The notes under the pieces: model-generated
Seen by the model: the letters and a program-made list of their open reading frames with translations, nothing else
Database searches by the model: none
What the model was told of the DNA's origin: nothing
From: an uncultured Alphaproteobacteria bacterium
GTDB taxonomy: Bacteria; Pseudomonadota; Alphaproteobacteria; GCA-002720895
NCBI GenBank assembly: GCA_964405695.1
Contig: CAYOOR010000112.1
Span: 1 to 39,963 of the forward strand
DNA: 39,963 nt
Direction: 5' to 3'
Translations under genes and position numbers: made by a program
Part shown: piece by piece, positions 29,836 to 38,426 of the stretch
How the letters are laid out: each line of letters begins with the position of its first letter
How positions within the stretch are numbered: position 1 is the stretch's first letter

Positions 29836-31542
29836 TTATTTATATTTAACCAATTTGTTTGAACTTAATTTGTAAATATTATCTGCATATTTTAAAACAC
29901 TATTATCATGAGAAACTATTATAGTGGTTATTTTTTTAGATAATTTCTTTAAAGTTTTTAATATTGTTTGTTTATTCTTAGAATCAACACCTGAAGTAGG
30001 TTCATCTAAAATTAATAATTCAGGTTTCTGCAATATTGCTCTAGCTATAGATAATCTTTGTTTTTGCCCACCAGATAATTGCACTCCTCCTTCTCCTAAT
30101 AATGTTTTTAAACCTTTGGGTAATTTTTTTATAAAATTATTACAATCTGAATATTTAATTGCATCATTAATTTCTTTATTTGAAAATTTTTTGCCTAAAG
30201 TAATATTATGTAAAATACTATAATTAAACATAAATTGATCTTGTGTAACATAACTTATTTTTTTTCTATAAGATAAAACATTATATAAATTTAAATCTTT
30301 TTTATTTAATAAAACTAATCCTTTTTGTGGTTTTTGAAAACCTACAATAATATCCAACACAGTAGTTTTCCCAATACCAGATCTTCCATAAAGTAAAGTT
30401 ATTGAATTCTTTTTTAAAGAAAAGTTTACATTTTTTAAAAGAGGTTTGTTGTCAAAAGAAAAATCTAAATTTTTAAACTCTAAAGAATTAAAGTTATTTA
30501 ATGTTTGCCCTTCTGTCGTAATTTCTCTTTTTTCAAAAGCTGTTTCTGTTATAGAATTCATTGTTCTAAAAAAATCTACATTAACAGATATTGCAAAATA
30601 ATTTTGTTGTATGACAGTTAAATTATTTAAAATTCTTTGAAAAAAAACCGCCATAATTAAAACTGATGAAATGCTTACTCCTAATATTTGATTATATGAA
30701 TAAATCAATACACATAAAAAAATTACAATTATAGGCTCTCTCATTATTGATAATAAAAATTTAGAAATTGCTAAACTGGTTTCATATTTTCTCAAAATTT
30801 GAAAATCTTTGTTAAATTGACTATTTAAATAATAATCTTTTGCCATACTTTTTAAAAATTTTATACCTTTCAAATAATCTGAAATCTTAGAGTTTATTAA
30901 TTTTATTTGAGAATTTATTCCTTCTGCACTTTTTTCTCCATAAATTATTATTTTATTTAAAAATAAAAATATTATTAATCCAATTAAAATTCCAAAAAAA
31001 GTTCCGTATGGTGAAATAAATGCTGAAAAAATTAAAAAAATTGAGACATTAATTGAAGAGGCTATAAGTCTATTTATATTAATAAAAATAGATGCCGAAT
31101 TAGGTGCGTTTATATTTATAAAACTAAAATAAGAACCTAATGGCTTAGATGATAAAAAAGTCCATTTAGATGAAATAACATTTTTAATTAAATTATTTCT
31201 AAAATTCATTGAAAACTTATGAGTAATAATTGAAATATATCTAAATGCAAAAAAATTAATAATGCATTTAGTGCAAATTAATATTGTTATAAATATTAAA
31301 ATAGATAATAAAGATACATCTGTTTTAAAAAACTTAAAAATATAAGCTAATTTATTTTGTATAAAGGAACTTTGGGTTGATGTTTGATCCAAAAATAAGC
31401 TTAATAAAGCTAATAAAGAAACAATTCCCACACTCTCTAATAATGCGATAATAATAAAGCATAAAATTAAAAACAAAGAAATTTTTAAATAATTTCTTAA
31501 AAAAAACTTTATTATTTCAAATTTTGTATTAATTTCATTCAT
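29836..31542 (-). CDS. Fused permease/ATPase ABC exporter (MsbA-like)
   Basis: 568 aa. The N-terminus has multiple hydrophobic helices. It has Walker A GRSGIGKTT, the signature LSGGQKQRLSIARA and Walker B LLILDEPTSGVD. Confidence 0.85.
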   Translation of the reverse strand: MNEINTKFEIIKFFLRNYLKISLFLILCFIIIALLESVGIVSLLALLSLFLDQTSTQSSFIQNKLAYIFKFFKTDVSLLSILIFITILICTKCIINFFAFRYISIITHKFSMNFRNNLIKNVISSKWTFLSSKPLGSYFSFININAPNSASIFININRLIASSINVSIFLIFSAFISPYGTFFGILIGLIIFLFLNKIIIYGEKSAEGINSQIKLINSKISDYLKGIKFLKSMAKDYYLNSQFNKDFQILRKYETSLAISKFLLSIMREPIIVIFLCVLIYSYNQILGVSISSVLIMAVFFQRILNNLTVIQQNYFAISVNVDFFRTMNSITETAFEKREITTEGQTLNNFNSLEFKNLDFSFDNKPLLKNVNFSLKKNSITLLYGRSGIGKTTVLDIIVGFQKPQKGLVLLNKKDLNLYNVLSYRKKISYVTQDQFMFNYSILHNITLGKKFSNKEINDAIKYSDCNNFIKKLPKGLKTLLGEGGVQLSGGQKQRLSIARAILQKPELLILDEPTSGVDSKNKQTILKTLKKLSKKITTIIVSHDNSVLKYADNIYKLSSNKLVKYK

Positions 31543-31580
31543 TTATAAAAAGGAAAAAAGAAAGAAAGAAAAAAAAAAAC

Positions 31581-31593
31581 CATAGCTACCGCA
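31581..31593 (-). promoter_or_regulatory. ops-like element (candidate RfaH loading/pause site) in the operon leader
   Basis: The minus strand reads TGCGGTAGCTATG. GCGGTAGC matches 8 contiguous bases of the E. coli ops GGCGGTAGCGTG. It is the only G+C-rich word in the 95-nt gap, and T11 plus a pure pyrimidine leader follow it. Confidence 0.5.
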
Positions 31594-31637
31594 ATACAGT
31601 TAAAAAACTATATAAATATAAAAAAAAAATTATAACT

Positions 31638-32126
31638 TTAAGCAATATTTAAATATCTATTCTCTACAGTTAAATTTGTTAATTTGCCTAAAAAATTTAA
31701 TAATACTTTAACTCTATCTTTGCTTTCTTTTTTTAAAAAATGACATTCCTTATTTTTAAAAGGCCCATCAACAATTTTAATTTTTTTTCCAACATAGAGT
31801 TTAATTAAATCAAATGGATTAATTATTTCTTTATTATTTAAAATTTTTTTTAGATTATTTATTACATAGTCAGGTACTGCTATTGGTTTATTTTGTGAGG
31901 TAAAAATATTTTTCACACCTCTTGTATAAAAAATTTTAGTCCAATTATCTTTTTTTACATCAAAAGAAACAAATAAATATCTTGGAAAAAGAAAAGAAAA
32001 TATTTTTTTTTTATTTTTAAATTTTAAGTATTTTAATGACAAACAATCAAACTTTTGGTTACGTAAATTATTTTCAGCAACTATTTCTTTATTATGATGT
32101 GAATATATAACGTACCACTTTTTCAT
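31638..32126 (-). CDS. rfaH: RfaH-like NusG paralog (operon-specific transcription antiterminator)
   Basis: 162 aa from the ATG at 32126. MKKWYVIYSHH..., LFPRYLFVSFD, TRGVKNIF, PIAVPDYVINNL and the KOW-like GKKIKIVDGPFKNKECHF line up with the E. coli RfaH motifs WYLLY, LFPNYLFVEFD, TRGVSHFV, PAIVPSAVIHQL and GDKVIITEGAFEGFQAIF. Confidence 0.8.
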   Translation of the reverse strand: MKKWYVIYSHHNKEIVAENNLRNQKFDCLSLKYLKFKNKKKIFSFLFPRYLFVSFDVKKDNWTKIFYTRGVKNIFTSQNKPIAVPDYVINNLKKILNNKEIINPFDLIKLYVGKKIKIVDGPFKNKECHFLKKESKDRVKVLLNFLGKLTNLTVENRYLNIA

Positions 32127-32130
32127 TTTA

Positions 32131-32742
32131 TTATTTTTTCTTTTTTTTGGAAATTCGAAGTAATTCAGGTGTGAAAATATTATTATAATTAATAACTTTA
32201 ATACATTCATCATAAACTTTTTGAGAATTATTTATTTCTAAAATTATTAATGCTTCAATTGAATATAATTTATTTATTTTTTTAATTTCATTTCTATTTA
32301 TTTTTACTAAACGAAAAGAAAATTGTTTAGATAGAAGTTCAGTTATCTCAACTAAATCACCATCGCCAATAATACCTATATTTATATATTTTTTTTTTTT
32401 ACATATACTTAGAATTTTTAAACATTCATTTTTTGCTTTTCTAAAAAAATCAAATGAATTTGTTAAATAATTAAAAGTTAATCTACTTTTTTCAGAAAAA
32501 CCCTTAGGAGTTAAATAATAAAAATATCTTGCTTTTGGAATTTGTTTTACTTTAACTAAACCTTTTTTTATACACTTATTTAAATAAGTATTAGTTAAAC
32601 CTACAGCTATAGATAATTGATCTGATAAATATCTTTGTGATGCTTTTCCATTTTTATCAAGTTCACTTAATAAATCCAATTGTATTTTTTCTTCAATTGT
32701 TTTTTTTCCTACTGAAAATGTTTTTTTTTGTATTATGCTCAT
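32131..32742 (-). CDS. MarR-like winged-helix regulator of the EPS-associated type, with an extra C-terminal domain
   Basis: SQRYLSDQLSIAVGLTNTYLNKCIKKGLVKVKQIPKARYFYYLTPKGFSEKSRLTFNYL is a wHTH. About 100 further residues follow (INIGIIGDGDLVEITELL). The start is uncertain: ATG 32742, ATG 32763 or TTG 32781. Confidence 0.65.
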   Translation of the reverse strand: MSIIQKKTFSVGKKTIEEKIQLDLLSELDKNGKASQRYLSDQLSIAVGLTNTYLNKCIKKGLVKVKQIPKARYFYYLTPKGFSEKSRLTFNYLTNSFDFFRKAKNECLKILSICKKKKYINIGIIGDGDLVEITELLSKQFSFRLVKINRNEIKKINKLYSIEALIILEINNSQKVYDECIKVINYNNIFTPELLRISKKKKK

Positions 32743-32746
32743 AACG

Positions 32747-32778
32747 TGAACAATAACGTTCATAGTATGAATTGTCAA
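32747..32778 (-). promoter_or_regulatory. Candidate sigma70-type promoter plus inverted repeat upstream of the regulator gene
   Basis: The minus strand has TTGACA (32778-32773), 17 nt, TATTGT (32755-32750), then 7 nt to ATG 32742. The inverted repeat TGAAC-N6-GTTCA at 32762-32747 overlaps the -10. This is valid only if ATG 32742 is the true start. Confidence 0.2.
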
Positions 32779-32816
32779 CAAATATAACTAATTTTATTTA
32801 AAATATATGAAAAAAA

Positions 32817-34034
32817 TTAAACTAAAATTTTATTGATAATATTAATTATTCGATTTGCTGGTGAAGTAAATGGATAACAAAATTTATAACAAGCTTTTTC
32901 TTGCTTTTTTTCTAGCAACCTAATTTTTTTTTTATTATTTATAAATTTCAAAGTTTTTTTTAATTTAGAGATTGTTTTACAATGAAAAGAATTTCCCATA
33001 ATTTCATACATATTATCCTCATATTGTGTATCTAAAATATTATATGAAATTAGTGGTTTTTTTAATAACATAATTAAAAAACCAACAGTCGACTGTTTTT
33101 GAAATAAAATATTAGAAGATAAAATTACTTTTGCATTAAAATCTTCATTTCCTCTCCCAAAAATTAATTTATAATTATCAAATTTTTTTAAAAAAAATTT
33201 AATTTTTTTAATATCATCTTTTCTAGTTTTTGGATGTAATGTTAATAAAAAAAAGCAATTTTTTTTATTCTTTGATATTTCATTAATAAGAATATATATT
33301 TCTTTAATTTTGATTTCATCATATTTAGAATAAGTTAAAAAAAATGAATAAATAATTTTTTTATAATTAATATTTAAACTTTTTAAAAATGAATTTCTTT
33401 TTTTTTTATTCCAATTTTTTTTTATTTTAAAAATATTTTCATAATTAGGCATTCCACCTACAAAAACATTTCTATCTTTTAAATTACTTTGCTTACATAA
33501 AATTTCATAATTTTTTTTTTGTTCGTGACCGGTTACAATTAGATTTTTTGCACTACCCAATATACGATCTTTAGGTTTATATCCCATTATTTTATCAAAT
33601 AGCAAAAACTTAGGAGGTTTTTTTGTTTTGTAATAATTTAAAGTTGAATTTAAATTCATAAATTCTGTAGCTACATAGATAATAATTGAAGGCATAAATA
33701 ATCCTAGGCAATAAAAATATGGTTTTTGATCGTTAGGTAAAATTATTAAATCATAATTATTTTTTATTTTTAAAGACCAAAAATATGAAAAGATCCAAAG
33801 AAGAAATCTAAAAAAAATATTATTACTTCTGTTAATTAAAAATAAAAGAATTTTTGGAGCAAACCTAACATCAATTTTTTTATTTTTTGAAAGCTTCTCT
33901 TTAACTTTTGTATCAAAAGTTAAAAAAGTTACATTAAAATTCTTTTGTACTAATTTTTCACTTAAAATATACAAATAATTATACAAATAATAATCATGTA
34001 AGAGTGGTATTAAAATTTTTTTTTTTATAATCAT
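32817..34034 (-). CDS. Uncharacterised GT-B-like protein; possible Kdo/ulosonic-acid or glycerophosphate-type transferase
   Basis: 405 aa. Its ATG lies directly after the kdsB stop. The LTLHPKTRKDD segment (an HP motif) resembles capsule KpsS/TagF-type transferases. This is a weak recognition. Confidence 0.4.
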   Translation of the reverse strand: MIIKKKILIPLLHDYYLYNYLYILSEKLVQKNFNVTFLTFDTKVKEKLSKNKKIDVRFAPKILLFLINRSNNIFFRFLLWIFSYFWSLKIKNNYDLIILPNDQKPYFYCLGLFMPSIIIYVATEFMNLNSTLNYYKTKKPPKFLLFDKIMGYKPKDRILGSAKNLIVTGHEQKKNYEILCKQSNLKDRNVFVGGMPNYENIFKIKKNWNKKKRNSFLKSLNINYKKIIYSFFLTYSKYDEIKIKEIYILINEISKNKKNCFFLLTLHPKTRKDDIKKIKFFLKKFDNYKLIFGRGNEDFNAKVILSSNILFQKQSTVGFLIMLLKKPLISYNILDTQYEDNMYEIMGNSFHCKTISKLKKTLKFINNKKKIRLLEKKQEKACYKFCYPFTSPANRIINIINKILV

Positions 34035-34757
34035 TTATTTTCTTAAAATTTTCTCAACTTTTTTAATATCACTTGGATAATCAACTGAAGCATTTATCTC
34101 ATTTAATTTAACAGCCAAAATTTTAAAATTATTTTCTAAAAATCTAATCATTTCTACTTTTTCTAAATTTTCTAGATAAGAAACTTTTAATTTAGAAAAA
34201 TTATTTATCCCTTTTTTAGTAAATGCAAATAATCCTAAAGATATACTTACTTTTTTATTTTTTAATTTTTTAAAAAATGGAATTTGAGATCTTGATAAGT
34301 ACAAAACCTCATTTGTAGAATTTTTTACTAAATAAGTTGGATAGTAATTCTTATGTTTAATGATTTTATTTAAATTATAATATCCTAATGCTGCATTATA
34401 GTTTTTATTTGATTTTATTTTTCTTATTAAAAAATCAATATTTTTTGGTTTTATTAATGGTTCATCGCCTTGTACATTAACATATATATCAGCATTTATT
34501 TTTTTTGATACTTCACTAACTCTATCTGAGCCTGTTTTATGTTTGGTACTTGTCATCATAACTTTGATATTGTTTTTAATACAAAATTTAAAAATTTTTA
34601 CATTATCTGTTGCAACAACACAATTATTGGCTTCTTTTACTTTTAAACATTGTTCCCAAACTCTTCGTATCATTTCTTTTCCATTAATTAAAGCTAAAGG
34701 TTTACCAGGAAACCTTGAAGAATTCCATCTAGCAGGTATTACAATTAAAATTTTCAT
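34035..34757 (-). CDS. kdsB: 3-deoxy-manno-octulosonate cytidylyltransferase (CMP-Kdo synthetase)
   Basis: 240 aa. IVIPARWNSSRFPGKPLALINGKEMI and VNVQGDEPLI parallel E. coli KdsB. Confidence 0.9.
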   Translation of the reverse strand: MKILIVIPARWNSSRFPGKPLALINGKEMIRRVWEQCLKVKEANNCVVATDNVKIFKFCIKNNIKVMMTSTKHKTGSDRVSEVSKKINADIYVNVQGDEPLIKPKNIDFLIRKIKSNKNYNAALGYYNLNKIIKHKNYYPTYLVKNSTNEVLYLSRSQIPFFKKLKNKKVSISLGLFAFTKKGINNFSKLKVSYLENLEKVEMIRFLENNFKILAVKLNEINASVDYPSDIKKVEKILRK

Positions 34758-34767
34758 TTTTTATAAA

Positions 34768-35997
34768 TTATTTAATTATTTTTTTCTCAATTAAAATCTT
34801 ATTAATAATAAAAGATGCAAAAATAATAAGTATTGGTTCTATCGGATATCTATATCTTATAGAAGCAATAGTTATAATATGAATTAATGTAAATAAAGAA
34901 ATAATAACTAAAAATGGCAATATTTTTTTTAAATACTTTTTTGAAAAAAATAATACAAAAATTAAAGATAAAAATAATATTAAGCCAAAAGACATAATTG
35001 AAATTATCTTGTACTTAATTTTATTATATTCATTTGCATTAAATGCATCTAAATAATCTATTTCTTTTGGTATATATTCCTCTGGAATTTCATAAGGATA
35101 CAAATTCCAGAATCTAACAAATTTTTTAAAAATTAAATTTACTGTTTTATAGGGATTTTCTTTAATAAATTTAAAAGCTTCTTCTCTAAATTTTTTATCA
35201 TTATTTAAAAAATCTTTATTATTATTCTTTGTGACTAAGGTATGATCAACATCAATCCCTCCAATTCCTCCCCCAGTTTTATTTTTTGGATTATTTCCTG
35301 AATAAAGATGATAATTAGCAGCTAAATTTAATTTTATAAATGAATTATACTTTAATAAATTGTGATACCACCATGGTGACAAAAGTACAATATAAACTAA
35401 AAAATATAATGACAGATAAAATAAAGTTTTCTTTAAAGTAAATTTTTTTGTTATTAAACAAAAAAAAATAATTACAAACGGCGAAATGATATCTGCTGTT
35501 GATTTTACATATATACTCAAAACAAACAATATTGAAGCGAATATTATTTTTTCTCTATAAAGCGCAAGAACAGCGCTAAAAAATAAAAAAACAAATAAAG
35601 TTTCTGTTAATCCACTTAATGAATAAAAAATGGAAAAGGGATAAATAGAAAAAATAATAGCACTTATTTTAGAAATATTTAAATCATCAAATATTTCTTT
35701 TGAAATAAAATAAACAATAAAAATAGTTAGAGAAGATAAAAAAATATCACCTATCAAATAACCAAGATTATTTTGAGTTAAAAAATTTGTTATGTAAATC
35801 CAAATTCCATATCCAGGCATGTGCAAAGTTGAATGGACTATTTTTAAAGAAAAAATTTCTTCACCCATTCTTTGAAAAGTTTGGGTATCACCAAAATCCT
35901 GTGGGAAAAAAAAGAAAAAAATTAATCTTAAAAAGAAACCAAAAAAAAATATCTTTGTAATTGAACAATATTGAAAAAAAGTTTTTATATTTAGCAT
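34768..35997 (-). CDS. GT-C-fold polytopic membrane glycosyltransferase (ArnT/PMT_2-like)
   Basis: 409 aa with many hydrophobic helices. The C-terminal RYRYPIEPIL motif is shared with the paralog at 36117-37442. Confidence 0.6.
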   Translation of the reverse strand: MLNIKTFFQYCSITKIFFFGFFLRLIFFFFFPQDFGDTQTFQRMGEEIFSLKIVHSTLHMPGYGIWIYITNFLTQNNLGYLIGDIFLSSLTIFIVYFISKEIFDDLNISKISAIIFSIYPFSIFYSLSGLTETLFVFLFFSAVLALYREKIIFASILFVLSIYVKSTADIISPFVIIFFCLITKKFTLKKTLFYLSLYFLVYIVLLSPWWYHNLLKYNSFIKLNLAANYHLYSGNNPKNKTGGGIGGIDVDHTLVTKNNNKDFLNNDKKFREEAFKFIKENPYKTVNLIFKKFVRFWNLYPYEIPEEYIPKEIDYLDAFNANEYNKIKYKIISIMSFGLILFLSLIFVLFFSKKYLKKILPFLVIISLFTLIHIITIASIRYRYPIEPILIIFASFIINKILIEKKIIK

Positions 35998-36009
35998 TTT
36001 TTAAATTAT

Positions 36010-36086
<77 letters not shown>

Positions 36087-36116
36087 GTAATTTAATTTCT
36101 AATTCTAAACATTAAA

Positions 36117-37442
36117 TTAACGTTTATAAAGACTTAGTTTTACTTTTTTATTTATTCTTTTTAAACCTATTATTGTTAAAAGAAAAAGCGCAGGCTCAAG
36201 TGGGATTCTATATCTAACATTTCCTAAATGTACTGAAGTTATTATAAAAGATATAATATAAAAAGTTAAAAAAATTATACTCCATGTATTTTTTTTACTA
36301 TTACTTTTAAAAATACTAAATAATCCATATAATTGAATCAATCTCAAAAAAATCACAATTATTTGTGATAAAAACCAAATGAACCCATTGATTGAAAAAT
36401 TAAAATTATCAATTGATATAATAGATTTTAAATCACTATATGAAACATCATGTCTATGAAAAATATTAATCATTGATGTGTGAAGTAATACTTTTAAAGT
36501 TGAGCCAATTGAAGCTGTAATAATTTGGTATGGAGACATTTTTCTTATTTCATCATAAAAAATTTCCATTTGAATTTTTTGGTGTTCAGATTTAATTTCA
36601 AAATTATCTGGAAATTTTTCATTTTCAGGTATATTTTCAAATTTTTTTATTCTTTTCTCAGATAATGTCCAAACTTTATTTAAAGAATCTAAATCTCGAG
36701 TACCACACCCCCATTTTTGTTTTAAACACGGATAGACCCAAAAAAGTAAATGAGCACTTTTTTGACTAGTTATAGATTTTCCTGTTATTTTATAATTAAT
36801 TTTAGATGCCAATAAATTACAAAACAAAACAGGAATTAGAGAACAAAGAACTATTTTAAAGAATGAAAATTTTTTTTTAAAAAGAAGAAAAATTAATAAA
36901 AAAAAAGATAAAAAATATGCCAATAAAAATCCTGCTGGTTTTGTTAAAGTAGCAAAAAGTAAAAAAATAGAACCAATAAAAATATAAGTTAATAATTGTT
37001 TCTTAAAAATAAATTTAATAAAAAAAAACATGCCCAAAGATAAAAAAAATACATAAAAACTATCTGGTAAAATAATTGTCGATGACCAGAAAAGATGTAC
37101 ATTAAAGCCAAGTAAAAAAAAACAGGTCCAAAAGAATTTTTTTGTAAAAAAATTTTTAATTGCAAATAAAATCGAAATGGTAAAACCATTTATAAAAGAT
37201 TGAAGTAAAGAAATAGCTAAATAATTATCTGATCCAAAAATCTTAAATATAAATGAAGTAAAATATGGATAAAAAGGTAATCTTACACTTTCTTTAACAT
37301 TTATATTAACATATGCCAAAGTCTCAAAATCTGTGTTAAATATTCCAAAACGAAAATGCTGATAAAAGGTTGCAATTAAAGGAATTATAAAACCTATTAA
37401 AAAAATAATAGCATATTGATTAACACTAGTTTTTCTATTCAT
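36117..37442 (-). CDS. GT-C-fold polytopic membrane glycosyltransferase (ArnT/PMT_2-like), paralog
   Basis: 441 aa with many hydrophobic helices and the C-terminal motif RYRIPLEPAL. It lies between the 5S rRNA and tRNA-fMet. Confidence 0.6.
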   Translation of the reverse strand: MNRKTSVNQYAIIFLIGFIIPLIATFYQHFRFGIFNTDFETLAYVNINVKESVRLPFYPYFTSFIFKIFGSDNYLAISLLQSFINGFTISILFAIKNFFTKKFFWTCFFLLGFNVHLFWSSTIILPDSFYVFFLSLGMFFFIKFIFKKQLLTYIFIGSIFLLFATLTKPAGFLLAYFLSFFLLIFLLFKKKFSFFKIVLCSLIPVLFCNLLASKINYKITGKSITSQKSAHLLFWVYPCLKQKWGCGTRDLDSLNKVWTLSEKRIKKFENIPENEKFPDNFEIKSEHQKIQMEIFYDEIRKMSPYQIITASIGSTLKVLLHTSMINIFHRHDVSYSDLKSIISIDNFNFSINGFIWFLSQIIVIFLRLIQLYGLFSIFKSNSKKNTWSIIFLTFYIISFIITSVHLGNVRYRIPLEPALFLLTIIGLKRINKKVKLSLYKR

Positions 37443-37485
37443 CAGAATATTGTAAACAAATTGAATATTTTTTTAAGAAAAAAAA

Positions 37486-37597
37486 CCGGCAGCGACCTAC
37501 TCTCCCACATCTTAAGATGGAGTACCATCGGCGCTGGAAAGTTTCACGGTCGAGTTCGGAATGGAATCGAGTGGGAGCTTCCCGCAATAGCCACCGG
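37486..37597 (-). rRNA. rrf: 5S ribosomal RNA
   Basis: The minus strand reads CCGGTGGCTATTGCGGGAAGCTCCCACTCGATTCCATTCCGAACTCGACCGTGAAACTTTCCAGCGCCGATGGTACTCCATCTTAAGATGTGGGAGAGTAGGTCGCTGCCGG. It contains the conserved words CCGAAC, GTGAAAC, GCGCCGATGGTAC and GGGAGAGTAGG. Helix I pairs the two ends. Confidence 0.95.
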
Positions 37598-37604
37598 AAA
37601 CATA

Positions 37605-37633
37605 AATATAATATAAGAAAAAAAAAATTTCAA
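37605..37633 (-). promoter_or_regulatory. Candidate sigma70-type promoter dedicated to the 5S rRNA
   Basis: The minus strand has TTGAAA (37633-37628), 17 nt, TATATT (37610-37605), then 7 nt to the first base of the 5S helix I at 37597. Confidence 0.4.
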
Positions 37634-37640
37634 GAAAAAA

Positions 37641-38426
37641 TTAATATTTATCGTTACTGATAAAAAATGGATCTTTTAAAAGTGATAAGTTAAATTTATC
37701 AATTATTTTAATTTTTCTTTTAAAAAATTTTTTAATTATTTTATCTGTAAATTCCTTTTTTTTTGAATATCTTATTTCTTTCAAAGAATTATTTTTAATA
37801 CATTTAATATCAAATATTGATTTTTTTTTAATTTTATCAACAAGAGAGTAAAATGCAGCCTTTACTGCTAACATTGAATACAAAAAAGGATCAGATACTT
37901 TTTTAGATAATGCATGATATAAAATATCTCCATCATCTAATCCTTTTGATAAATATTGAATAGTAGAGCCTACTAAATGAATATTATCATCATATAAGGC
38001 CCAAAAATTACAATCAGTCCCTCTATAATATGGAGAAATACCAATATGTATATTTATAGCTTTTTTTTTTATCAAAAAATTTACTAAATCTCCTTTTATA
38101 TAACTAGAGCCAAAAACTATAAAAATATCACTTTTTAAAAAAGTACTTAATTTCTCCATATTACATTTATTTAAATCTCCAAATGGTACTGTTAATATTT
38201 TTATTTTTTTTTTATTAATTTTTGAGGAAAAATTTCCAAAAACTTTTTTTTCAGCGTTCAAAACTTTAGAAAAATAATTTTCTTTTACTTTTGAACTATT
38301 AAGATCTCCTGGAAAAAAAGTTTTTTTATCTTCTTGTATTACAAAGATTTCATTTGATATTTCTGATAATAAATTTATTAAAAAATTATGACGTAATTGA
38401 TTAGCAGTTAATAATGTAATTTTCAT
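37641..38426 (-). CDS. Formyltransferase-family protein (probable sugar N-formyltransferase)
   Basis: 261 aa. INIHIGISPYYRGTDCNFWALYDDN resembles the N.H.SLLP.YRG motif of the Fmt/ArnA/VioF-type N-terminal domain. Confidence 0.5.
   Translation of the reverse strand: MKITLLTANQLRHNFLINLLSEISNEIFVIQEDKKTFFPGDLNSSKVKENYFSKVLNAEKKVFGNFSSKINKKKIKILTVPFGDLNKCNMEKLSTFLKSDIFIVFGSSYIKGDLVNFLIKKKAINIHIGISPYYRGTDCNFWALYDDNIHLVGSTIQYLSKGLDDGDILYHALSKKVSDPFLYSMLAVKAAFYSLVDKIKKKSIFDIKCIKNNSLKEIRYSKKKEFTDKIIKKFFKRKIKIIDKFNLSLLKDPFFISNDKY

Noticed and set aside
31629-31634. A perfect TATAAT on the minus strand immediately after the RfaH-like stop codon, as a possible operon promoter upstream of the ops-like word.
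   Set aside because: There is no acceptable -35 at 16-18 nt (only ATTTAA/TTAAAT). TATAAT occurs frequently by chance in this composition. It is kept only as a note for TSS mapping.
32127-32213. An N-terminal extension of the RfaH-like ORF (MMNVLKLLIIIIFSHLNYFEFPKKRKNNK).
   Set aside because: The extension overlaps the end of the MarR-like gene. The similarity to RfaH begins exactly at the internal MKKWYVIY (ATG 32126), which gives 162 aa.
36989-37189. A 66-aa minus-strand ORF nested in the GT-C gene.
   Set aside because: It is in an alternative frame inside a 441-aa membrane protein gene, and nothing independently supports it.
37416-37616. A 66-aa plus-strand ORF.
   Set aside because: It is simply the antisense translation of the 5S rRNA gene and its flanks.
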